In this document: positions 1-10,378 of the stretch, piece after piece
How positions within the stretch are numbered: position 1 is the first letter of the stretch
How the letters are laid out: each line of letters starts with the position of its first letter
From: Candidatus Altimarinota bacterium
Lineage (GTDB): Bacteria > Patescibacteriota > Gracilibacteria > BD1-5 > UBA2023
NCBI GenBank assembly: GCA_028277205.1
Contig: JANQGT010000032.1
Location: 1 to 63,312 of the forward strand
Direction of reading: 5' to 3'
Length of the DNA: 63,312 bases
Program-made: the position numbers and the translations under genes
Notes under the pieces: generated by a model
What the model was told of the DNA's origin: nothing
Database searches by the model: none
Seen by the model: the letters and a program-made list of their open reading frames with translations, nothing else

Positions 1-104
1 GGTCTCCGCATACCGAGGCATCCGATGAGACTCATGATGTCATATGACACATCGCATCAAAAGGCGATACTGCCATAAACCAAAAACCAAGCACAAAAAC
101 ACCG

Positions 105-2237
105 ATGAGACCGGCGGATTTTTTGAAATTTGTCGGTAGTATTTTCGTGGTCGCGCTCATATTTTTCGGTTCTTTTCTCGCCTACATCGTCTTCAATCCC
201 GGGCAAGCGCAATTTTTCGTCTCCTTTGGTATCAATCCCGGTGATATTGCGACGCTTCTTTCGCGGCTCGTCAATGCGATTTTTGGTATCGTCGCGTTCT
301 TGCTTTCCGTCGTGTGGCTTATTTTTCTCTTTCGTGCTATCCGCACAAAGAAAGAGTACAAGAAGCGCAAAGCGATATCGACGGTGCTCGCGGTGTTTTT
401 CGGGGTGGTGTTGTTTTCCGGTATCTCGCTCTGGGCGTATCTCATCCAGATCATCGGGGCGTCGGACTACGAAAATCCCGACGGCGGAGTCGTCGTCTAT
501 GACAATGCCATGCTCCTCTCCGAGGATCTTTCTGATTCCGCACGCGTTACGAGCTTTGCAAATCTCATCGGACCGATCACACTGAAATACGATCTCTCGT
601 CAAATGCTCGGGTCGTCTCGCGCAGCATGTCCATCACCGGATATTCGGTCGACTACGACGGCGATGGGATATTTGATCAGGAGGGGACGAATCCCGCCAC
701 GGCGCAAAATATCGTGCACACCTACGCCGAGGTGGGGACATATACTCCGACGATCCGATATACCGGCAATAACACTGTCACACGAGATATCGAGACCGTT
801 GACGTCTCGCTGCCCACTATTGACGTGATCGCACTCGTCGCTGTAGAGACGATACCGGAGCGTATGGGGGGGGTGAAGATCCGAATCGATGCCAGTGCGC
901 TGGAGCAGTACGGCAATGTCGAGTGGTATTTTTCCGATGATTTCATGACTCCGGTCAGCACCAGATACCGCTTTTCTCCCGATCGCATTTTTCGAAGTGA
1001 GGACTTTGTCTGTCTCGCGCTCTCGGATACCCTCGGGTGAAATGGAAGCTGCGATCGTGTCTTTATCATCTCTGCAGACGCGACAGCGCCGATTTCAGGA
1101 GAGATTTTTCTCGTACGAAATGCTCTCGATCCTCTCACGTACGCCTTTCATCTCGGCGAGGATGAGGGGAGGCTGCGAGTGGAAAACGGAGGCATCGAGA
1201 CCTATACCTGGATCATCGACGAGCGCCAGACCATCAGCAACAGCCCTACTGCAGAGCACACATTTCGGCGCTACGGAGACCATAACGTCCAGGTGGAGCT
1301 TGTTGATTTCATCGGAAATTCCATCACGCTCGAAGAGCGCTTTACCATATACGAGCCTGTGGAGCTCGATATCGAGACCGGCTCTGAGGACGGCGTACTC
1401 GAGATCATGATCGGCGATGAGCGGGCTACTCCCGAGACATACGACGTCCGGACCAATACCTATATGTTTACCGATATCGCCGTGCCGATGCGATTTCTCT
1501 TTGATGGTCGGGACGTACGCGTAAAAAATCCGCTCTACACTCTGAATGACGTGCGATGGGATGGTGATGGAGATGGAGAATATGAGATAAATGACGATCT
1601 CTTCGAGTATAATGTCAATACCTCCGATCGCCACACTGTCTCTGTGCAGTACACATTTTACTCTGAAAAGCGAGATGATCGCCAGACTGTCGAGGAGACG
1701 ATCGTCATCGATGCCGAGGAGCGGGAGATTTATCCTCGATTTACCATAGAGAAAACCACCTCCTACGTCCCGGTGCTCGTCACTGTCGATGCGTCGGCGT
1801 CGAGCGTTTCCGACGGTGCTATCGCCAAATACATCGTAGACTTCGGAGAGTCCGGACGCCCACCGCAGGAGGGTGACGCCCGACAAAACTACCGGTATAT
1901 GAATCCGGGGACGTATGATATCACCGTCACGGTCGTACGCGATGACGGAGAGCGGGAGAGCGCGACACAAAAACTAGTCCTGAAAAAACTCGGAAATCGC
2001 ATCGTGATAAATACGAGTGTCTCATCCGGACTCGTTGGTCGCGGTGTTGATTTTGATGCGGCGGGGTCGGTCGGACAGATCGAGTCGTACTACTGGAAAT
2101 TTGGCGATGGCACCGTCTCCGTCGATTCTGCCCCCACTCATTCGTATCAGGAGACGGGGGAGTACACCGTGTCGCTTCGTGCGACATTCGCGGATGGATC
2201 AGTCCAGGAGCAGACCGAGACGTTTCGCGTTGAGTAG
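105..2237 (+). CDS. Membrane-anchored multi-PKD-domain surface protein (about 710 aa)
   Basis: ORF-track pieces 105..1040 and 1179..2237 share a frame and are joined by one in-frame TGA (1038..1040) with no TAA/TAG between them. Hydrophobic N-terminal segments are followed by repeated PKD-like modules (HTYAEVGTYTPTIRY; HTFRRYGDHNVQVELVD; YRYMNPGTYDITVTVV; YYWKFGDGT...HSYQETGEYTVSLRA). Ends in TAG. Confidence 0.7.
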
Positions 2238-2440
2238 CTTTCAAATATCATAGTCACCCTCTTTACTCTGTGGAGATTGGGATGATGCCTCCGTGACACC
2301 GGAAAGCTCTGAAATGATATTCGTGGCAAAGCGGAATTGATAGGGTTTAGGGGGTCTCTTGTTTCATTGCCCCTTTCTGTATCTGTCAATGATTTGTGAA
2401 ACTATAGAAATTCATATACTGTCTTTTGTTTCTTATCCTC

Positions 2441-3769
2441 ATGACTATGCTCATCGAACCCAAAAACATTTCATGATTTCCCGAGCTGCTTCCGGAGGAG
2501 CGCATCATAGAGCTCGAGATTTTTGACACGATCCGCCGATGCTACGAATGTGCAGGATTTGTCTCGGTAGAGACACCAGCCGTCGAGCGACTGGAGGTGC
2601 TGACATCAAAAGGGGGGGATGACAGCGAGATCTACGCACTTCATCGGCTCAATGGCGAGCAGGAGGACGCCAAGCTGGGGCTGCACTTTGATCTCACGGT
2701 ACCGATCGCTCGCTATGTCGCCCAGCACTATTCGCAGCTGTCGTTTCCATTTCGTCGATATCAGATCCAAAAGATCTGGCGCGGAGAGCGTCCGCAGGCG
2801 GGACGCGCGCGAGAATTTACCCAGGCGGATATAGATATCGTCGCGGATGGCGAGCTTCCACTCTTTGCGCATGTCGAGGTCGTGGCGGTGATCCACAGCG
2901 TGTTTCGTGCACTGGGATTCGATACCTACGTGATGAGGATCAATAATCGCAAAATCCTACGGGGATTTTTCGAATCTCTGGAAATCCCCGAGGACACTAT
3001 CCCGCATGTCGTCCGAACTGTAGATAAGGTCGATAAAATCGGGCTGTCAAAGCTCGAACAGGAACTACAGACGCTGCTTGCTTCGCAGATGATCGTCTCC
3101 TCCATCCTCGAATATCTGGGTCTTCGCTCTCTCTCAAACTCTGAAAAGCTCGCCTATCTCGAGGCGATCCGCCATCCACTGCTCGCTCAGGGAGTCATAG
3201 AGCTGCGAGAGGTGTACGAGCGACTCATCCAGATGGGCGTCGAGGAGAGATTTCTGTCGATCGACCCGGCTATCGCGCGCGGACTGGACTACTATACCGG
3301 GACGATTTTCGAGACGTTTGACGTGGACAATGTATCATTTGGCAGTCTCGCATCGGGCGGCGCGTATGCGGATCTCGCGTCGCATTTCATCGATCGATCT
3401 CTGCCCGGTGTCGGCGGCTCTATCGGCGTGACGCGACTGCTGCAGCTTTTCTTGCAGTCGGGCAAGCGGACGCCAGTTGCCGCGACTCCGACCCGCGTAC
3501 TGATCACTCGTGTCCAGGAGGAGTACATCGACCGGTATGTCGCGCTGCTCTCGGGCTTTCGGGATGCCAGCATACCTGCCGAGATCGTCCTCTCCGCATC
3601 GCAAAAAATCGGAAAACAAATCGCCTACGCGGACAAAAAGGGCATTCCCTACGTACTCATTGCAGGTGAGGATGAGTTTGCGAAAAATGTCGTCGCGATC
3701 AAAAAACTCAAGACGGGCGAGACCCGTGAGTTTGCGCTCGGGTCGGATATGAGTGAGTGGCTATTTTAG
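2441..3769 (+). CDS. hisS: Histidine--tRNA ligase
   Basis: Class II HisRS motifs are present (LHFDLTVPIARYV; FRRYQIQKIWRGERPQAGRAREFTQADIDIV) plus a C-terminal anticodon-binding domain. The true N-terminus MTMLIEPKNIS-G-FPELLPEE lies upstream of the track ORF across the TGA at 2474..2476. Ends in TAG. Confidence 0.9.
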
Positions 3770-3787
3770 ATTTTCATCGGGCGCATC

Positions 3788-5596
3788 ATGCTCATCCCTC
3801 CCGGAGAGTCCGTCGTCGATACGAGATCATGTCGTGCCTGTGGGATAGAGTTTTCTATCACGGATGCGGATATGCGATTTTATGAAAAAATCTCTCCGAC
3901 ATTCGCTGGAAAAAAAGAGCTCATCCCTCCTCCGACACTGTGTCCCGACTGTAGACACCGTCGTCGACTCGCATTTCGAAATGAGCGAAAGCTGTATAAA
4001 CGCAAATGCGATCTCTCCGGAAAAGACATTATCTCGATCTATCATCCCGACTCACCCCACACCGTCTACGAACAATCTCTCTGGTGGTGAGACTCATGGA
4101 GTGCCCATGACTATGGCAGAGAGTTTGATTTCTCCCAGACATTCTCAGAGCAGTTTGGGGGGTTGTTGAAATCGGTGCCGAGGATGTCTCGAATTGCGGT
4201 TATGTCGGAAAATGTCGAGTATGCTCACGATGTGGACAGCATGAAAAATGTCTATATGAGTTTCAATTCATTCAATGCGGAAAATGTCTACTATTCCAGT
4301 GCCATATGACTTGGAGGAGACACCGTCTTTGACAGCTATCTCGCTATACAGACGAATATATGCTATGAGTGTGTAAATATCCTCGGATGCTTTGCTTGTT
4401 TTTTCTGCCTTGATTGTCGAGACTTGCGAAACTGTTTTTTCTGTCGAGATTGTCAAAACTGTGAGTTTTGCTTTGGATGTGTAAACCTCATCGGAAAGAA
4501 GTATATGATTTTCAATGAACAATACACACCCGAGAACTATGAGGCGTTTCTCAAAAAAGTACGAGATGGCAAAAAATCTACGCTCGATAAAATCAAAAAT
4601 CAATTTCAGCAACATACACTGAAGCATCCAAGACGATATGCACAGATCACAAAAACCGAGAACGGGATCGGAGATTCTATAGATAGCTCAAAGGATTGTA
4701 TCGCCTGTTTCGATGGATTCTTTTCGGAAAATACGCGGTATTCGCTGATTTTCGTCGGACTGGTTGATAGCATGGATTGCACAAACAATGGGTGAGATCA
4801 GAGTACTCGCTGCCCCGCAAACTATGAAGCAATCGGAAATTATTTTTCAGAGAGGATTGCCTTTCTCAATTGGTGCAATAAGACGCATGATTCGCAATGG
4901 TGTGACACATGCTATTATTCCCATCATCTCTTCGGATGTGTAGGATTACGAAGTGCGGAATATGCCATCCTCAACACCCCCTACTCCACCCACGAATACG
5001 ACACTCTCGTCCCAAAGATCATCGCTCATATGAGAGAAACGTGAGAGTGGGGAGAATTCTTTTCTCCATCACTCTCACCGTTTGGATACAATGAGACAGT
5101 GGCAATGGAGTACTTTCCTCTCTCAAAAGAAGAAGCTATCGCAGCGTGATTCAACTGGAGCGACTATGAGCCTCCACTTCCTCAGGTGGAAAAAATCATT
5201 CCTGCACACAAACTCCCGGATACTATCGATGCTATCCCCGATGATATCCTCAACTGGGCGATAGAATGCGAGATCACCAAAAAGCCATATAAGATCATCA
5301 AACAAGAACTCGATTTCTACAGAAAACACAAACTCCCAATTCCTCGCAGACATCCCGATCAGCGACACCTGGATAGACTCAAACAACGAAACCCGAGAAA
5401 ACTCTACGAGAGACACTGTGATAATCCACACTGCGAACACATTGCCAGACAAAAACACCAACCCCTCGATGATACAAACAGTATCCTCCACGAATCCACT
5501 AACTCCAGACGACGTATCATCATCACTCCCTATGCTCCAGACAGACCGGAGAGGGTGTATTGTGGGGTGTGTTATGATCAGGAGGTATATGGATAA
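3788..5596 (+). CDS. Cys-rich zinc-ribbon repeat protein, function unknown (602 aa)
   Basis: Track pieces 3788..4090, 4424..4795 and 5186..5596 are in one frame, and I walked the gaps codon by codon. The only interruptions are five TGA codons (4088, about 4307, 4793, 5042, 5147). The N- and C-terminal modules share the pattern FY.K...P.P..CP.CR...R...RN.RKLY.R.C. The centre has dense C..C repeats (CYECVNILGCFACFFCLDCRDLRNCFFCRDCQNCEFCFGC). Ends in TAA. Confidence 0.75.
3878..4000 (+). repeat. 123-nt near-identical segment, copy 1 (inside 3788..5596)
   Basis: It aligns without gaps to 5718..5840 at an offset of 1840 nt, with only a handful of mismatches. Confidence 0.8.
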
Positions 5597-5627
5597 GAAC
5601 CGGTTTTTTTAGTCAAGACTACAGCAT

Positions 5628-6065
5628 ATGTACACTCCATCGGGAGAGACCGTCGCAGAAACCCGGGTCTGTCCGGTATCCGGAGAGGTGTTTCCGGTAT
5701 TTAGCGGTGATATTGATTTTTATGAAAAAATCTCTCCGATATTCGCCGGAAAAAAAGAGCTCATCCCTCCGCCGACACTGTGTCCCGACTGTAGACACCG
5801 TCGTCGACTCGCATTTCGAAATGAGCGGAAACTCTATAAAGAAAATGTGATTTTTCCGGGAAGGATATTGTTTCGATGTATTGCTTACATTTTTGCTGTT
5901 TTTAATTTGACACAAAATCAAATTCAGATACAATACATTTGTTCCATGTATTTCTTTTACTCTTTCTTTATATGAACACATGAATACAGTCTCGGTTATA
6001 TAGGGGTTCTTCCAATGATAGAATTGAAGAACTTCGGGTGTATAGGACTCTACGCGATTGATTAG
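5628..6065 (+). pseudogene. Truncated, frameshifted paralog of the 3788..5596 gene (N-terminal zinc-ribbon module only)
   Basis: The first ~70 codons parallel the N-terminus of the upstream gene (FYEKISP.FAGKKELIPPPTLCPDCRHRRRLAFRNERKLYK). After KLYK the homologous continuation (RKCDFSGKDIVSMY versus RKCDLSGKDIISIY) lies in another frame because of a 1-nt indel near 5841, and it stops soon after. The annotated frame runs on into AT-rich sequence to a TAG at 6063. Confidence 0.5.
5718..5840 (+). repeat. 123-nt near-identical segment, copy 2 (inside the truncated paralog)
   Basis: See copy 1. The flanking codons of the two genes are far more diverged than this core. Confidence 0.8.
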
Positions 6066-6133
6066 ACCTGGATTACCGTTTGCTGGCGGAAATTTTTCAG
6101 GGCGAGGAGCATGCTTTGTTCTTATTGAAAACG

Positions 6134-6904
6134 ATGCAGCAAGCAAGCTGTCAACTTCAAATGCTTTTGGATAAGAAGATCTGGACAATCGAACGGAATG
6201 AACAACCAAATAAGACAGTTGAGATGCTTTGACATGATACAAAGTTCACTACAAAGGCTGTGATGAGCATGGGTGCACCTACCTCAGACGGATCCATTCC
6301 ATCGAATACACCTCCTTCTATACCTCCCCCTGCACCTCGTGTATCTAGTCCCGCACACATGAGAAACTCCGAGAAATCCTCCTGAGGATTCCGCAAGGTA
6401 GATATAATTGATGGTTGCGATAGCATTGACGAGCGTAAGAAAGCTCTTGAAGTACTCCTACAAAGACGCCTTTGGATAAAAGATGAAAAAATACAGGTGC
6501 AGTGGAAAAACGTGAAGTCCTCTCATTTACTGCAAGATTGCGATCTTCGTGATACGCGTTTTTTCGGTATAGAAAAGAATGGAGAGGCTCTTGCTTTCCA
6601 TGGTGCTGATCTGCGTGACGCGGTATTTGAGGGAAAATGTTATGATGCGGACTTTAGAAACGCTAATCTTTGTAATGCGAATCTCACAGCTTTGTGACAT
6701 TGAGATATTAGATTATCAACAAGGACGCTTTCCGGGGCCTCCGCTTTAGTGCGTACACGCCTGTCGCGACAATTCCTTGAAAATGGTTTTACCTTGGATG
6801 GGCAATGGTATCGTCCGGGTCCTGTCTATCCTGGACAGAATGGTCGCAGTATAGACGAAGGCATAAGGGCATTACGGGCTGCGGGGGCGGAGATTGTTTG
6901 ATAG
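6134..6904 (+). CDS. Pentapeptide-repeat protein with Pro-rich linker (start uncertain)
   Basis: Clear pentapeptide repeats occur at 6497..6697 (ADLRDAVFEGKCYDADFRNANLCNANL). With TGA=Gly the frame is open from 5906 to the TAG at 6902..6904, with in-frame TGA at 6230, 6383, 6695, 6701 and 6899. Candidate starts are ATG 5972, 6134, 6161, 6224 and 6263. Confidence 0.45.
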
Positions 6905-6927
6905 CAATTTGATAGCAAATTGATCAG
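6898..6927 (+). repeat. Three TTGAT(A/C) motifs at exact 11-bp spacing (TTGATAGCAA-T-TTGATAGCAA-A-TTGATCAG)
   Basis: It is read directly in the sequence. Copies start at 6898, 6909 and 6920, overlapping the stop of the pentapeptide ORF. Confidence 0.5.
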
Positions 6928-7298
6928 TTTGCTTCAGCCTCAGATCATATAGTGATTTCTGACCAAGAAAATCCGAGAAGGTCTCGACTCACAGAAGGTA
7001 TCATATATACTCTCCGCTGTGCTTTCGTATAACGAGAAGCTTCAGAAAAACGAGCATGTTTTTACGATGATTTCGCAATAGCGTAAGCATGAATACGGAG
7101 GTGTGGGGTTAGAGGAGGAGGGCAAATGCGTCGAGCTCCTCGCGCGTGAAGTGGGGGACGAGGTGGAGCATCGTGCGCTTTTCGGAAAAAGACAGCTCTG
7201 ACGAGGTGAGGAGGATGTGGTAAAACCGTTCGTTTGCGGGCATAGTTTGGTGCGATGAAGGGCGAAGGGATGTGTAAATATTACAATACTAAAATAAT

Positions 7299-7793
7299 AT
7301 GTCAATTATCCTCGGTCTCGATCCCGGCACGACGACACTCTGATACGCATTTCTACAGTCTCGTGGACGGGGAGAGGCGCATATCCTCGATGTCGGTGTG
7401 ATCGACACCAGCGGACAATCCTCACAAGCGCAAAAATTTCTAGCGCTCGCCGAGGATATGGAGACGCTGCTGGACCGGTATCGTCCTGGATGTGCCGGCG
7501 TGGAGAGACTCTTTTTTTCAAAAAATCAAACAACCGGTATCGCCGTCGCCGAAGCGCGAGGAGTCGTCTGCTATCTGCTTGCGAGGCGGGGTATCCCTAC
7601 CATCGAGTATACCCCGAGCGAGCTAAAACGCGCACTCTGCGGAAACGGTCGTGCGCCGAAAATTCAGATGCAGCGAGCACTCATGAAAATCCTGCATCTG
7701 CCCGAGCTGCCGACGCCGGATGATGCGGCGGATGCGCTCGCACTCGCGTATGTGGCGGGACTCTCAAATCGCACTGGCGAAGGTATCGCGTAA
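7299..7793 (+). CDS. ruvC: Crossover junction endodeoxyribonuclease RuvC
   Basis: The N-terminus reads MSIILGLDPGTTTL-G-YAF (TGA at 7341..7343). Downstream are ...ERLFFSKNQTTGIAVAEARGV... and PTPDDAADALALA, a typical RuvC catalytic layout. Ends in TAA. Confidence 0.9.
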
Positions 7794-7815
7794 TAGCCTT
7801 CTCCTCCAGTACTGC

Positions 7816-9030
7816 CTACTTTTCTGCTGTCACCAGGATGAGCAGATCAAATGCGAGCGCCCGACGTGTCGCCTCGTCGATGATACCGGCGTTTTCATCA
7901 CCGGTATCCGCTATGAGCAGCCGATCGCGCTGATATGCTATGAGTGCCTCGCGAGTGATATCGCCGTAGATCGCCGTATCCTCATGATCGAAATATCCAA
8001 GCAGCGCCAGCGTTTTTTGCAGCTCTCGTACTCGTTTGCTGACTTCGCCGTACTCTGGTGAGCCGATTTTTTCTAGGTAGGTGTTCACTTGCCGTTTTTT
8101 CATCTCGATGAATGCGAGTCGTTTTTTCCCCTCTTCACGAGCCTCCCACTCTCGTGCCAGATAGTCGGCGTAGATTTCTCGCAGTGCCGCGCGCGTCCGG
8201 GGTCAGTAGTGCCCGGCGCCATAGTCGGACGCACTCGCCACGATGCCGCGCTCTATCTGAAATGCCAGAATAGTCTCATAAAAACGCGCACTGTACACGC
8301 CGTCTATCGGTCAGTCATAGCGACCGATCTCGGCAAATACTGCTTGGACACGGCGGATATGCTCACTGTCGCTGGTACGACTGACCGCCACACGAAAAGC
8401 CAACTCCTCTCCAATGGCGCTTTGGATGTATTTTTCTCGGGGATGCGATTCGGTTGGCTTAGCGGATTCGTGCACGACGATATCACGCGCTCATCCGAGA
8501 CGCGCCACGACCTCATCGTAGGCGAGGGGAAATCGGGTGATGTCGATGCTCGCGGGGGATTCATTGATTCACAGTACTCGTCAGCGCACCTCTCGCTTTC
8601 AGAATGTCAGTGCCCGTACGAGTCCCGCCTCGCCGTATCCCATCCAGATATCGATTCGATCGCTTGCGTATCCGCGCTCTCCGGCATGTACGATCGCTCC
8701 CCCGCGATCCTCCACGATGCCGATACCGACGCCTTCCAGCTCGATGCGCGTACCAAATGCATAGCGCTTTGGAGCGGCGAGCATCCCCGGAAATACCCCT
8801 GCTCCGCTGGCTCACTGGACGCCTCGACCATTCAGGATGATATCGGCTTCATAGCTTCATCGCAGGTACATGGACTGATCCGGCAGCGGGCTGTAGTACG
8901 CTGTCACGACGAATGTTTGATATACTTCTTCTGATGCCTGTATCTCGGATATATCTACGAGAGATCAGGCGCTGATCATGAAAAGCAGGAGTACACTGAT
9001 CACACTATCAGCACGAGTACGAAATCACAT
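7816..9030 (-). CDS. Secreted 3D-domain (MltA/RlpA-like fold) protein with two peptidoglycan-binding repeats
   Basis: The minus-strand frame is continuous from ATG 9030 to the TAG at 7816 once about ten TGA codons are read as Gly (walked by hand). It has an N-terminal hydrophobic leader (VISVLLLFMISA). The 3D-domain signature is VTAYYSP...GIGIVEDRGGAI...RIDIWMGY. Two PG_binding_1-like repeats follow (DGVYSARFYETILAFQIERGI; VRELQKTLALLGYF...GDITREALIAYQRD). Confidence 0.8.
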
Positions 9031-9272
9031 GAGATGGATATTTATTTTCAAAAATGAACCGAAGATCATACTACCAAATCTCGAGAGTATTTCGCAACTG
9101 TGAGAGTATTGACGTATGGTATGCAGACATATAAAGCTCATTTTCCGATGAAAATTATTTGCAAAACTCTCAAAATCGATACAATTACTTTTCGGCGACG
9201 AAAAGGATTTGCCCCCGGGTGAATCTTTTTTTATCCGAGATTCATAGTCATGTATTTTCATCTCTAAACACC

Positions 9273-10367
9273 ATGATAGATCTACAGCGCATCGAAGCCG
9301 CCATCAATCAAATCGCCTCCGAGAAAAAACTCGATCGCGAAAAAATCGTCGAGGTCATCGAGGCGGCGATCAAAACGGCGTATCGAAAAGATTTTGGCAG
9401 TAAAGACAGTATCGTCAATGTCCAGCTCGATTTCGAAAGTAATGAGATCGGCATCTCGGTAGAAAAAACCATCGTCTCCGAAGTGGAAGATCCCGCTATG
9501 GAAATTTCCTTTACCGAGCTCGGGGAGGATGCCGAGGGATTCGACGAGGGAGATGTCATAGAGCTCGATGTCACGGACGAGGTGTTGGAGTCCGAGGGAT
9601 TCGGGCGTATCGCGTCGCAGGCGGCGCGCCAGGTCATCATCCAAAAAATTCAGGAGTCCGAGCGGGAGAAGCTCTATGAGCTCTTCAAATGAAAGCAGGG
9701 TACGCTCGTCAATGTCCGTGTGGAAATCGTGGAGCGTAGTCGGGTGATATTCGACTACAACGGGACGCAGGTCGTCCTCCCCCGATCCGAGCAATCAAGC
9801 AAAGACCGGTATATTCCGGGACAGCGCATGTTTTTGTATGTAAAGACGGTGGATCTGGATGAGATGGGGGCGCCGCGCGTCGTACTGTCACGAAAGGATT
9901 CGGATCTGGTCGCCTCGCTTTTCGCGATGAATGTGCCGGAGATGGAGGACGGTATCGTAGAGATCGTCAGCATCGCGCGAAATCCGGGATTCAAAACAAA
10001 AGTCATCGTCGCAAGTCCGAACGACGAAGTCGACGCCGCCGGATGTCTGATCGGTCCGAAAGGTATCAGAGTGCGAAGCGTCGTGGACGAGCTCTTCGGA
10101 GAAAAGGTCGATATCATCAACTATACCGACAATAAAGCGGAAGTAATCCGTGAAGCTCTCGCTCCCGGAAAGATCGAAAATGTCAAAATCCTCGAAGACG
10201 ACGAGACTGCGGTCTGCACTGTCTATGAGGGTGAAAAAGCCAAGACGCTCGGGAAAGGCGGTGTCAATATCAATCTCGCCTCTGATCTCACGGGATACCG
10301 TATCATTTTGGAGACTCTGCCAGATCCGGAGTCAAATGAAGACGATACAAAAATTCAGAATGCATAA
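9273..10367 (+). CDS. nusA: Transcription termination/antitermination factor NusA
   Basis: Contains the NusA N-terminal domain (IDLQRIEAAINQIASEKKLDREKIVEVIEAAIKTAYRK), an S1-like segment spanning the TGA at 9690 (LFK-G-KQGTLVNVRVEIVE...VVLPRSEQ) and KH repeats (GPKGIRVRSV; GKGGVNINLA). Ends in TAA. Confidence 0.9.
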
Positions 10368-10378
10368 TTTTCTCATAC

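Noticed and set aside
2238-2440. A possible T-box or attenuator leader upstream of hisS.
   Set aside because: I found no T-box consensus (AATTAGGGTGGTACCGCG-like), specifier-loop architecture or His-codon leader peptide.
5619-6426. Minus-strand ORFs 5619..6242 (207 aa) and 6157..6426 (89 aa) in the AT-rich segment.
   Set aside because: The 3' part of the first ORF is antisense to the conserved zinc-ribbon module, and the same antisense ORF appears opposite 3827..4045. The plus strand carries genuine pentapeptide repeats.
7109-7243. A 44-aa minus-strand ORF (MPANERFYHILL...ELDAFALLL) divergent from ruvC.
   Set aside because: It is too short, without motifs or visible signals, to support as a gene. 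It is noted only as a possibility in the otherwise empty 6905..7298 gap.
8089-8934. A plus-strand 281-aa ORF.
   Set aside because: It is antisense to the 3D/PG-binding gene, which shows clear domain signatures once TGA is read as Gly.
9083-9110. A direct repeat GAGAGTATT x2 (9083..9091 and 9102..9110) upstream of nusA.
   Set aside because: It is a short single pair of repeats with no accompanying promoter geometry that I could defend, so it may be chance.
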